Below are positions 8,857 through 17,658 of a stretch of 64,000 nt of DNA, piece by piece. The translations under genes were made by a program, and so were the position numbers. The DNA is from Desulfuromonas sp. Its GTDB lineage: Bacteria > Desulfobacterota > Desulfuromonadia > Desulfuromonadales > BM501. The notes under the pieces were generated by a model. That model was not told where the DNA came from. It ran no database searches and saw only the letters and a program-made list of their open reading frames with translations. Every line of letters starts with the position of its first letter. Positions within the stretch are counted from its first letter, which is position 1. Where the stretch lies: contig NZ_PKUB01000002.1 in NCBI RefSeq assembly GCF_002868845.1, positions 1,037 through 65,036 on the forward strand. Reading direction: 5' to 3'.

Positions 8857-9750
8857 ATGAGCCGAGACGACATCCTCTCCCGGGCCCGGGCCGCTTTTCT
8901 CGGCCTGGCCCTCGGCGACGCCCTGGGCGCCACCACCGAATTCATGACCCCGGCCGAAATCCGGGCCAAGTACAAGGTGCATCGCAAGATCGTCGGGGGG
9001 GGCTGGCTCTACCTCAAGCCCGGCAAGGTCACCGACGACACCGAGATGTCCCTGTGCATCGCCCGGGCCGTGGCGGAGTCAGGCGGCTGGGACCTGGGAG
9101 CCGTCGCCGATCATTTCGTCGCCTGGTTCAAGGGCCGCCCCGTCTACATCGGCGAGACCTGCCGCCGGGGCATCCGCCGCTACATGCGCAGGGGCGAGCT
9201 GGAGGTGCCCTACAACGAGTGGGACGCCGGCAACGGCGCGGCCATGCGCATGGCGCCGGTGGCCCTCTTCACCCTCGGGGACGACGACCTGCTGAGACGG
9301 TGCGCCCTCGAGCAGGCCCGCCTCACCCACCACCATCCCCTCTCCGACGCCGCCTGCCTCACTATCGGGCGCATGGTCCAGCAGGCCGTTCTCGGCTGCG
9401 ACCGCTTCGCCCTGCACGCCCAGACCCGCGAACTGGTTGCCGAATGCCCCTCTTTCCGGTTTAATAAATACTCGGGGAACGCCACGGCCTACGTCGTCGA
9501 CACCCTGCAGACGGTCTTCCACTATTTCTTCTCCACGGCGAGCTTCGAGGAGTGCCTCGTGGGGGTGGTCAACCAGGGCGGAGACGCCGACACCACCGGG
9601 GCCATCGCCGGGATGATCGCCGGGGCCTTCTACGGGTCCGGGGCGCTCCCGAAGAGATGGCTCCGGAAGCTGGACCCGGAGGTCCGCGCCGAGGCCGACG
9701 CGTTGGCTGGACGCCTGGTGGAACTTTCGCCCTGGAACCGGACCGGCTGA
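8857..9750 (+). CDS. draG: ADP-ribosyl-[dinitrogen reductase] glycohydrolase
   Basis: 297 aa. ADP-ribosylglycohydrolase fold with DraG-like blocks: GLALGDALGATTEFMT, GGGWLYLKPGKVTDDTEMSL, CRRGIRRYM, GNGAAMR, HHHPLSDAAC, VNQGGDADTTGAIAGMIAGAFYG. Confidence 0.88.
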   Translation: MSRDDILSRARAAFLGLALGDALGATTEFMTPAEIRAKYKVHRKIVGGGWLYLKPGKVTDDTEMSLCIARAVAESGGWDLGAVADHFVAWFKGRPVYIGETCRRGIRRYMRRGELEVPYNEWDAGNGAAMRMAPVALFTLGDDDLLRRCALEQARLTHHHPLSDAACLTIGRMVQQAVLGCDRFALHAQTRELVAECPSFRFNKYSGNATAYVVDTLQTVFHYFFSTASFEECLVGVVNQGGDADTTGAIAGMIAGAFYGSGALPKRWLRKLDPEVRAEADALAGRLVELSPWNRTG

Positions 9751-9783
9751 CCCCGCCACCCCGAAGACCGGAAAGAAGAGACC

Positions 9784-10911
9784 ATGACCCCGGAAAGCTG
9801 CCGCCGACTCTTCCCCGTCACCTAACAGTTCGTCTTTCTCAACCATGCCGCCATCGCCCCGCCCTCGACCCCTGCGGCGGAGGCGGCCGCGGCCTTCCAC
9901 TACGGGTGCGCAGCCCGGGGAAGCGCCGATTACTTCGACTGGCAGGAACGGCTGGCCGGGGTGCGCCGCTCTGTCGCGACTCTGCTCGGCGCAGGGGAGG
10001 AGGAGGTCGCCCTGACCGGCAACACCTCCGAGGGCCTCGCCATGGTGGCCGAAGCCTTCCCCTGGCGCCCCGGCGACGCGGTCCTGGTCCCGGTTCCCGA
10101 CTTCCCCGCCAACGTCTATCCCTGGATGCACCTGGAACGCAAAGGGGTAAAGATCCGCTTCGTGCGGCGCCGCCAGGGACGCCTGACGGCGGACGATTTC
10201 GCCCGGGCCCTGGTCCCAGAAGCACGAATGGCGGTGGCCAGCACGGTCGATTTCGCCAGCGGCTACGCAACCGACCTGGAAGCCCTCGGGAGCTTCTGCC
10301 GGGAAAAGGGTCTGATCTTCGGGGTGGACGCTATCCAGAGCCTGGGAGTCCTGGCGCTGGACGTCAAAAAGTGCGGCATCAACTTTCTCGCCGCCGGCGG
10401 CCACAAGTGGCTCCTCGGCCCGATGGGGACGGGGATGCTCTACGTGGACGCGGCCCTCACCCCAGACCTCGACCCGCCCCTGGTGGGATGGAAGAGCGTG
10501 GCCGACGAGGAGAACTTCGAACTCCACTTCGAACTCAAGGAGAACGCTCAGAAATTCGAGCCTGGGACCATGAACCTTGCGGGGATTTTCGGGCTCGGAG
10601 CCTCCCTGGAGCTGCTGCGGGAGGTGGGACCGGAAGCCGTCCGGGATCGGATTTTCGCCCTCTGTGACCGCTTTGCGGAGGGGCTGCTCGGCCGCGGACT
10701 GGAGCTGGCCTCCCCCCTCTCGGCGGGGGAGCGCTCGGGAATCCTCTCCTTCCGGCCGCAGGACGAAGCGGCCGCCACCTTCCGCCACCTGATGGCCAAC
10801 CGGGTCCAGGTCTCCCTGCGGGGCGGCCTGATCCGCCTCGCGCCCCACTTCTACAACAACGAAGACGATGTGGAGGGGTTTTTCCGGGTCCTGGATAAAA
10901 CGCCCCGCTGA
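9784..10911 (+). pseudogene. class-V aminotransferase (cysteine desulfurase-like) interrupted by in-frame TAA at 9823-9825
   Basis: ATG 9784 gives MTPESCRRLFPVT, then TAA. The same frame continues QFVFLNHAAIAPPS...VRRSVATLLGAGEEEVALTGNTSEGL and joins ORF 9961..10911, which carries the PLP-fold block AAGGHKWLLGPMGTGMLYV. There is no alternative start between the stop and 9961. Confidence 0.8.
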
Positions 10912-10969
10912 AGGTGCATCCCGGGATCCGTGCTTGTGCTTTGGTCTGCAGCTCCGCCCCCATCTCCTT

Positions 10970-11028
10970 GGGTCCAGGGGATTGGGCGGGCAATCCCCTG
11001 GTCGCCTGCGGGGGCGAGACCCCGCAAC
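10970..11028 (+). repeat. REP-like dual-hairpin element, copy A
   Basis: GGGTCCAGGGGATTGGGCGGGCAATCCCCTGGTCGCCTGCGGGGGCGAGACCCCGCAAC. It contains a 9-bp hairpin (AGGGGATTG/CAATCCCCT) and a 6-bp hairpin (GCGGGG/CCCCGC). A near-identical copy lies at 49456..49513. Sits between convergent genes. Confidence 0.8.
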
Positions 11029-11116
11029 CCGTTTCGAATTTCAACAGGGGAAAAACTCGCTGCGTTCAGACATTCATCGCTTCTTTTTCAGCAAAGGCCT
11101 TCCAGCTCCGTCACCA

Positions 11117-12109
11117 TCACCCGGGGATTTCGGTCCCCCCGGCCAGAAGGCCGGAATAGAACCGGTACCAGTTCCCCCCCATGATCCCGGCGACCGCCTC
11201 CCGCCCGTAGCCGGCGCCAAGCATCCTTTCGGCCAGCAACCCCAGCCTGCCGTGATCCTCCAGCCCCCGGCAAGCCCCGTCGAATCCCCCCAGGTCGGTC
11301 CCAAGGCCGACCCCGTCGGGTCCGACCTTCTGCACCAGCCAGTCGACCTGGCGGAACAGGTCCTCGATCCCCGCCCGACCGGTGATGGAGAGCATCTCCG
11401 GAGCGAGAGCGAGGCCGACCACCCCGCCCCGATCGAGCACCAGGCGGACCTGCGCCTCGTCCAGGTTCCTCGGCCGATCGCAGAAGGGGCGCAGGCCGGT
11501 GTGGGAGCAGACCAGGGGCCCGCCGAAGATCTCCGCCACCTCCCGAAAGCCGGGGGCGGCCAGGTGGGCGACGTCGATGACCCACCCCCGCCGCTCCAAC
11601 TCGCCCACCAGGCGTCTTCCGGCGGCGCTCAGCCCCCCCGGGGAGACGACCCCGTTGCCGTCGGCGATGCGGTTGCGCCCGGCGTGGGTCAGGCCGACCG
11701 CCGTCACCCCCCAGCTGCGCAGCGCATCGAGGTCGGCCTCGAGCAGGGCGTCGCCGTTCTCGACCAGAAAGAGCACCCCGGTCTGCGACTCTCCCCGGAA
11801 AGACGCCTCGAGCTCTGCCTCCCCATGGATGCGCTGCAGTCCGGACAGTCGTCGTTCGGCGAACCCCTGCAGGGAGCGCAGATGCTCCAGGGCGGTGCCG
11901 GGGCCGTTGTGGGCGTCGGCGCAGTACAGGGCGCAGACGAGCGTCCGGACGTTGCCCTCCGCCAGCGAGGAGGCGGTGACCGGTCCGGCGGCCAGTCCGG
12001 CGAAGGGGGTCTCGTCCCCCCGCTCCATCATGGCGTAGACCAGGTCGACGTGGCCGTCGAAAACCGGAAAGGCCTGCGGCGGCTCAGCGGGTCGCAAGGA
12101 AGTATTCAC
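11117..12109 (-). CDS. membrane dipeptidase (peptidase family M19)
   Basis: 330 aa. FDGHVDL near the N-terminus, GLTHAGRN, VIDVAHL, VCSHTG and LGTDLGG blocks typical of renal-dipeptidase-family enzymes. Confidence 0.8.
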   Translation of the reverse strand: MNTSLRPAEPPQAFPVFDGHVDLVYAMMERGDETPFAGLAAGPVTASSLAEGNVRTLVCALYCADAHNGPGTALEHLRSLQGFAERRLSGLQRIHGEAELEASFRGESQTGVLFLVENGDALLEADLDALRSWGVTAVGLTHAGRNRIADGNGVVSPGGLSAAGRRLVGELERRGWVIDVAHLAAPGFREVAEIFGGPLVCSHTGLRPFCDRPRNLDEAQVRLVLDRGGVVGLALAPEMLSITGRAGIEDLFRQVDWLVQKVGPDGVGLGTDLGGFDGACRGLEDHGRLGLLAERMLGAGYGREAVAGIMGGNWYRFYSGLLAGGTEIPG

Positions 12110-13028
12110 TGCGGATCAGCTCGTAATGGTTGCGGTGGTTGCGGATTTTCCACCAGAGGGCGCCGGCCTCGGAGACGCTCCAGGGCGGCCGGGTCTCCCG
12201 CTCGAGGATCCGGCGGACGTTGTCCGGGCCGCTGCCCGGGTAGGGTCCCTCGTCCCTTCCCCCCAGCCACTCCGACTCGTCGGCCGCCTCGGCCGACCAG
12301 GAAAAAGGGTCGGAGAAGACCAGCCTAGCCCCTTTCGCGGCGGCGACGCGGCCGACCTCCTGCAGGTGCCGCAGTGGACGGGGCACCCTGTCGAGAAGGT
12401 TGAGAGAGGCGACGAGGCCGAAGAGCCCAGCGGGAAAGGGGGGAGCCAGGGCGTCGCCGACGACGAACTCCACGTTTGCGTCCCGCCAGGCTGCCGGCAG
12501 GCGAACCGTGCGCCGCTCCGAAAGCGTCCCCTCGACGCTCAGGCCGAAATCGAGAGTCCCTTCTCGGGCGAGGCGGCGGGCCAGGCCGACGAAGGCCCGG
12601 GAGCGGTAGAGGCCCACCGCCAGCTCGGACCGGGCCGCCATCTCCCAGCTCATCCGCCCCACCGCGCAGCCGAAGTCGATGGCCAGGCCGGCCCGCTCCG
12701 GAAGGAGCCCCGCCCACCGCCGGTAGGCGCCGCCGGCCTCGGGGTCACCGGCCCCGGGGCTGTCGAAAACGTCGCCGTAGTGGCTCCACAGATAGGCCGA
12801 AGCGGCGGCTTCCTCTTCGTAGCGGCTCTGGCCGCCGGGGCCGCCACCGGGGCCAGGTAGCAGGTGCGCGGTCCCGTCTTCGATGGGATAGCGACTGCCG
12901 CAGGTGCTGCAGTCGAGGCGTCCGGAGACGATCTCCCCGTCCTCCTCCCGGGCAACGGAGGCGCCCAGGGGCCGCTCGCCGGGGAGGCAGGCGGGGCAGA
13001 TCAGGATGTCGAGAAGTCTTCTTTTCAT
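12084..13028 (-). CDS. Trm112-like zinc-ribbon fused to a class I SAM-dependent methyltransferase
   Basis: Internal ATG at 13028 of ORF 12084..13073 gives MKRRLLDILICPAC...CSTCGSRYPIEDG (Trm112-type ribbon). Motif I IDFGCAVGR and a Rossmann-like body follow. Confidence 0.7.
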   Translation of the reverse strand: MKRRLLDILICPACLPGERPLGASVAREEDGEIVSGRLDCSTCGSRYPIEDGTAHLLPGPGGGPGGQSRYEEEAAASAYLWSHYGDVFDSPGAGDPEAGGAYRRWAGLLPERAGLAIDFGCAVGRMSWEMAARSELAVGLYRSRAFVGLARRLAREGTLDFGLSVEGTLSERRTVRLPAAWRDANVEFVVGDALAPPFPAGLFGLVASLNLLDRVPRPLRHLQEVGRVAAAKGARLVFSDPFSWSAEAADESEWLGGRDEGPYPGSGPDNVRRILERETRPPWSVSEAGALWWKIRNHRNHYELIRSEYFLATR

Positions 13029-13169
13029 GGGACCATTAAAAAAGCGGGCAAACCGGCCGGTCGTCCCGCTCAATGAGAATTCATGTCAGTTGAGGTCCGA
13101 ACCGGACCTAGCTGGGCCCGTGTCATTGCGGGACCGGACGCTTCACCTTCACCTCGACACCTTTCGTCT

Positions 13170-15227
13170 TCAGCATGGAACCACCTCCCTTCCATCTGTC
13201 GGGTCCGGGGGTTGATCACCTGTCAGAAACTTCAACTCCGACAGGTCGCCCGCCGCCTCCCGGCAGGCGGCGAAAAATTCTGCGCGCTCCATTTCCCGGC
13301 CGTAGCGGGGGTAAAGCCGTGCGGCGATTTCATCGACCGTCGCCTCCCCGGTGCACTGATCCAGGAGATCGCGGCCGAAATCGTTGACCTCGGTGACTTC
13401 CAGTTCGTCTTCCCCCTGCCGGAAGACCAGCCAGACCGGCTCTTGCGGGTAATCCCGCGGATAACGCCCCTCCCGCAGATCGGCGACGATCGCCGGCAGG
13501 TTGTAGCGAAAACCCGCCAGCAGAACGTTCTTCGGCTTCTGCGGGCGCCACCGGTCGAGACGACATAAGTCTATGTTACACGCAATCCGGCTGCTGGCAA
13601 ATCGGGCCACGTCAAGGACCCGGCTCTCGTAGGCCACCACCTCGGCGAGGTGGGCCCACCCCTCCTCCCCGGCCTCCTTCAGCAGGCGCGCGGCGAACCC
13701 CCCGAAATGGCGATCGCAGTCCGCCGGATTCAGGGATGGCTCAGTGCGCTCCCCGGCCCGCCGCACCGTCTCCAGGAAGCGCCCGAAGAGGACGCTCGGG
13801 GAGATCTCCAGGGCCAGGCAGAGGAGAAGAAAACTCCTCGGGTAGAGATTCACGACGAGGGGAAAATGACGGGCCAGAAGGTCGAGTTCCTCCAGTTCCA
13901 TCCCCGGGCAGGGGAGGTTGAAAAAGCTGCCGAACAGCGCCGGGTGCGCGTCGATCAACCTCTCGTCCGCAGCCAGCCTGCGGCCATCGTCAAATTCGAT
14001 CCCCAGTGAAAAGTAGGTGTCCACACTCCTTACCAGCCTCTGGCCGTAGCGCCTCTGCAGCTCTGTCCCGGGCAGGACGGTCGGCAGTTGGAGGAGGGGA
14101 TTGGTGTCCCCCCGGCTGCCGGTCTCCAGGGCCAAGGTCAAGGTGGCGTCGATGTCCCGCCGCTCCTCCTCGGGAAAACCGATCACGAAGCTGAGGGTCG
14201 GCACCATCCCCTGCTCGGTCGTCTGGCGCACCCGCTCCGGGAGGATGCCCGGGTCGATGCGCTTGCGGATAAAGGCCAGGGTCTTCTTCGAGCCAGAGTC
14301 GATGCCGTAGCACATCGACTCGCAGCCGGCCTCGCGCATCAGGGAGAGGAGCTCCGCATCGACCGAGTCGAGCCGGGAGATGCAGTACCAGGGGGTGACC
14401 AGGTTCTCCTCGAGGACCCGGCGGCAGAAGGCCTCCACGAAAGAACGCTCGGCGGTGAACTGGTCGTAGGCGAGCAGGAAGCACCCGGCGCCCTGCTCCT
14501 CGCGCAGCTGGCGCATCTCCCCGACCAGCCGTTCAACGGAATAGGTCCGGGTCCGGCGCCGCCACATCACCGACTCGGAGCAGTAGACGCAGGCGTGGGG
14601 GCAACCGCGACCCACCTCGAGAATGGCGATGCTGCGGGGCAGGCCGCAGGCCCTGCGGTACTCCTCCAGGGGGGCCGCCAGCCGGTAATCGGGCAGGGGC
14701 AGGGTGTCGAGGTCGTCGATCAGGTCCCGCTCGGGGTTGGCCTCGACGGCCTTCCCCCGCCGCCAGCTGACCCCGGCGATCCCCTCCGGTCCCCTCCCCG
14801 CGGCATAGGCGCCGGCCAACTCGGCGAAGGTGACCTCCCCCTCGCCGCGCACCACCGCGTCGATGCAGGGGAAGGCCTCAAGGGTCTGCCCGGCGACGAA
14901 GGAGGCGTTGTGCCCGCCGAGGACGATCCGGGCCTGCGGCCGCTCCCTGCGGACCCGTTCGGCGATCTGCAGGGTCGGCGGATAGGTGGTGCACTGGGTG
15001 GAGAAGGCGACCAGGTCGGGCTCTTCGTCCAGGATCATCCGGGCGCACCGGCCGTAGAGGTCCGGCCCCATGGGGAGCCTTCCCTGGCGCAAGGCCAGCA
15101 CCATGTCGAAGAGCGCCACCCGGTGCCCCCGCCGCCGCAGGACCGTCCCGAGGCTCATCAGGCCGAGGGGGGGCAGGTTGTACATGTCGGGATGGTAGAA
15201 AGGCGGAAAGACCAGGGCGACGTTCAT
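13170..15227 (-). CDS. B12-binding-domain radical SAM enzyme with a C-terminal PqqD-like (RRE-type) domain
   Basis: 685 aa. N-terminal cobalamin-binding-type domain (LGLMSLGTVLRRRGHRVALFDM). Radical SAM core with the cysteine motif CPHACVYC. The C-terminal ~80 aa (LEVTEVNDFGRDLLDQCTGEATVDEIAARLYPRYG...FFAACREAAGDLSELKFL) resembles PqqD peptide-binding domains. RBS GAAAGGA lies 5 nt upstream. Confidence 0.78.
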   Translation of the reverse strand: MNVALVFPPFYHPDMYNLPPLGLMSLGTVLRRRGHRVALFDMVLALRQGRLPMGPDLYGRCARMILDEEPDLVAFSTQCTTYPPTLQIAERVRRERPQARIVLGGHNASFVAGQTLEAFPCIDAVVRGEGEVTFAELAGAYAAGRGPEGIAGVSWRRGKAVEANPERDLIDDLDTLPLPDYRLAAPLEEYRRACGLPRSIAILEVGRGCPHACVYCSESVMWRRRTRTYSVERLVGEMRQLREEQGAGCFLLAYDQFTAERSFVEAFCRRVLEENLVTPWYCISRLDSVDAELLSLMREAGCESMCYGIDSGSKKTLAFIRKRIDPGILPERVRQTTEQGMVPTLSFVIGFPEEERRDIDATLTLALETGSRGDTNPLLQLPTVLPGTELQRRYGQRLVRSVDTYFSLGIEFDDGRRLAADERLIDAHPALFGSFFNLPCPGMELEELDLLARHFPLVVNLYPRSFLLLCLALEISPSVLFGRFLETVRRAGERTEPSLNPADCDRHFGGFAARLLKEAGEEGWAHLAEVVAYESRVLDVARFASSRIACNIDLCRLDRWRPQKPKNVLLAGFRYNLPAIVADLREGRYPRDYPQEPVWLVFRQGEDELEVTEVNDFGRDLLDQCTGEATVDEIAARLYPRYGREMERAEFFAACREAAGDLSELKFLTGDQPPDPTDGREVVPC

Positions 15228-15453
15228 GACCGTCCTTTCAAGGGGGGAGATGCCGATGAATTTCGATCTAAAAGGATAGCAGAGTTTCGCCCCGGCGCTC
15301 CGGGAGGTTTGATCGAGGCGGGCTGGACAGGACCCGGTTTGTTTGTCATCCTTTCGAAAACAGCCCCATGATCAAGAAGGACAATAAAGAGCAGAGCCGC
15401 CGGTCATGGAAACGTCCGGAGAAGAAAGGAAAACGGGAAACAGGAGGAAAAGA

Positions 15454-15984
15454 ATGGGCGGGGATCGGATGGAAATCGTGCGGGGCGACATCACCCGGTT
15501 GGAGGTGGACGCCATCGTCAACGCCGCCAACAGCTCGCTGCTCGGCGGCGGGGGGGTGGACGGGGCCATCCACCGGGCCGCGGGGCCGGGCCTGCTGGAG
15601 GAGTGCCGCACCCTCGGGGGCTGCCCCACCGGGGAGGCGAAGATCACCGGGGGCTACGCACTGCCCGCCCGCTACGTCATCCATACCGTCGGCCCGGTGT
15701 GGCACGGCGGCGACCGGGGCGAAGACGACCTGCTCGCCGGCTGCTACCGCAGCAGCCTCCGCCTCGCCTCCGAGAGGGGGCTGGAAAGCGTCGCCTTCCC
15801 CGCCATCAGCACCGGCGTCTACCGCTTCCCCCTGGAGCGGGCCTGCCGCATCGCTCTCGGGGAGACCCGGCGATTTCTGGCCGGGCCGACGAGCCTGCGC
15901 AGGGTTCTGTTCGCCTGCTTTTCCGAAGAAGACGCCCGGGTCTACCGCCGGGTTCTCGGGGAGCCGAGCGACAACCCGGGCTAG
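15454..15984 (+). CDS. macro-domain protein (O-acetyl-ADP-ribose deacetylase, YmdB-like)
   Basis: In-frame ATG at 15454 after AGGAGG. Macro signatures: [57 protein letters not shown]. Confidence 0.85.
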   Translation: MGGDRMEIVRGDITRLEVDAIVNAANSSLLGGGGVDGAIHRAAGPGLLEECRTLGGCPTGEAKITGGYALPARYVIHTVGPVWHGGDRGEDDLLAGCYRSSLRLASERGLESVAFPAISTGVYRFPLERACRIALGETRRFLAGPTSLRRVLFACFSEEDARVYRRVLGEPSDNPG

Positions 15985-16001
15985 GCGGGCGCGGCCTCTC
16001 T

Positions 16002-16667
16002 CTACTGGGCCTCCATGGCGGAGATAAACGCGTCGGCCTCGCGAATCGAGGCTTCCATCTCCCGGATAAGAGCCGCGACGTCCGTCTCGATGGTGCCGAG
16101 TTCGGCCTGCAGCGAGGCGATGGCCCGGGCGTTGAGGTTGTGCTTGAGATACAGCACCTGGTCGCGCAGGGGAGTGAGGACCGGGTCGATCTTGGCCTCG
16201 GCGCGGCGCATAGCCTTCTTCAGCTTGGCGTAGTGACGCCGGGTCTGGTCCAGTTTCTGCTGGCTGGAACGACGCAGGCTTGCGCTGGAATACTGGTCGA
16301 GTTCGTCTTTCCACTCGTCGAACAGGGCCTCGGCCACGTGCTCGACCCTGTCGACCCGGTCCCGCACCTCGGCGGCCCTCTCCTCGCTGCGATCGAGTTC
16401 GGCCTTGAGCTTGTCGTACTTCTCCTCCAGTTCTCCACCCTGGAACCCGAGCACGGCGCTGAACTGCTCCAGGGCCGAGGAGAACTGCTCCTTGGCCTCG
16501 CGCTGGCTGTCCCGGGCCTCCTCGACCCGATCGACGAGGATGTCCCTCTTGTGAACCCCGAACTTCTCCATGGTCGAGTAGTAGGCGCTCTGGCAGCCGG
16601 CCAGAAAAAGGGATGCGAAGAGCAGCACCCCGACGATGCGGACAAAACGGACAACGGCTCCGGTCAT
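16002..16667 (-). CDS. DUF2959-family lipoprotein
   Basis: 221 aa. Lipobox LFLAGC, then QSAYYSTMEKFGVHKRDILVDRVEEARDSQ...LYLKHNLNARAI, which matches the DUF2959 pattern as I recall it. Confidence 0.72.
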   Translation of the reverse strand: MTGAVVRFVRIVGVLLFASLFLAGCQSAYYSTMEKFGVHKRDILVDRVEEARDSQREAKEQFSSALEQFSAVLGFQGGELEEKYDKLKAELDRSEERAAEVRDRVDRVEHVAEALFDEWKDELDQYSSASLRRSSQQKLDQTRRHYAKLKKAMRRAEAKIDPVLTPLRDQVLYLKHNLNARAIASLQAELGTIETDVAALIREMEASIREADAFISAMEAQ

Positions 16668-16880
16668 GGAATCCTCCTGGTGGAAAAATGGTTCCGGTCC
16701 CCCCCGTGGGGCCTTTGACCGGGAACCGTGAAGATGAGTTCAAGGACCCGCTCTATTGGTCGGCCAAGCTCAGGGGTTTCGGTTTATTAAAGTGTAGCAG
16801 ATCGCAGCCGGGGTGCGACCGCACTGGGCCCGGCTGAAATGAACCGGCGGAAGACGCCGATGGGAAAAAGGTGAGAAGCG

Positions 16881-17141
16881 GTGAAAACTCTCGGTGGGTT
16901 TGTCGGAATTCTCCTGCTGGCCGGATGCTCTCTGCCCCCGCCCAGCTACACCTGGACACGAACCGACGGCGCCCTCCCGGTCGGCCTCTACCTCGACAGG
17001 GAGGACTGCGAGTTCGAGGTCATGGACAACCGACCCGATTGGGGTTTCTTCACCCGGTCGGCCGTTTACGACTGGGATGACGATTTCCAGGCCTGCATGA
17101 CGGGCAAGGGCTGGGTCCTGAAGAGCCGCGAGAGCCCCTGA
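16881..17141 (+). CDS. small lipoprotein
   Basis: 86 aa, GTG start, lipobox ILLLAGC. No family recognised. Confidence 0.5.
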   Translation: MKTLGGFVGILLLAGCSLPPPSYTWTRTDGALPVGLYLDREDCEFEVMDNRPDWGFFTRSAVYDWDDDFQACMTGKGWVLKSRESP

Positions 17142-17202
17142 CCATGGTCCTCCCCGGGCGGCGCAGGCGCCGCCCGGGGGAAACCGTGCCGGTCGTTGAT
17201 AT

Positions 17203-17607
17203 CTATGGCTGACCGGAGAGCCTCTTCTGGGCCAGCAGGACGTCCCCTCGCAACACGCTCTGCGGGTATGCGTCGAGAAACTCGCCGAAGAAGAACAGCG
17301 CCTCCTCCTTCTGCCCGTCGGCGGCCAGAGAGAGGGCGGCGCGGAACTTCTCGAGTTCCCCGGCGCTCACATCTACGGGCACCTCCTCCCCCTTCCAGTA
17401 GAGGGTGTCCGCGGCCGATGACGAGTTGCTTCCCCGCACCCCCCCGACTGCGGTGGTCGGCGGCCCGGACTTGTTCGGCTTGATGTCCTCAATCTTCTTG
17501 ATCAGTTTCTGCCAGAAATCACCGCTCGCCTCCGGCTTTTTCTCCTCGGCCAGAGCGACGGAGGATGCCAGCAGAACGATGAGCAACAGACTCAAAAGCT
17601 TTTTCAT
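17203..17607 (-). CDS. secreted protein of unknown function
   Basis: 134 aa. Signal peptide MKKLLSLLLIVLLASSVALA. C-terminal half looks like a TPR-like helical pair. Lies downstream of the NHL protein on the same strand. Confidence 0.5.
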   Translation of the reverse strand: MKKLLSLLLIVLLASSVALAEEKKPEASGDFWQKLIKKIEDIKPNKSGPPTTAVGGVRGSNSSSAADTLYWKGEEVPVDVSAGELEKFRAALSLAADGQKEEALFFFGEFLDAYPQSVLRGDVLLAQKRLSGQP

Positions 17608-17658
17608 AGTCCCCCTCCCGTAGTGGGTTGACCGACAGTCCTTGCGACCGCCGGAAGA

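Noticed and set aside
15224-15349. 41-codon minus-strand ORF ending in an ATGA overlap with the radical SAM start (possible precursor peptide)
   Set aside because: Third-position GC is only about half, against a very high value in the real genes here. GAAAGG abuts the ATG with no spacer. The sequence is Pro/Ser/Gly-rich with no precursor-like features.
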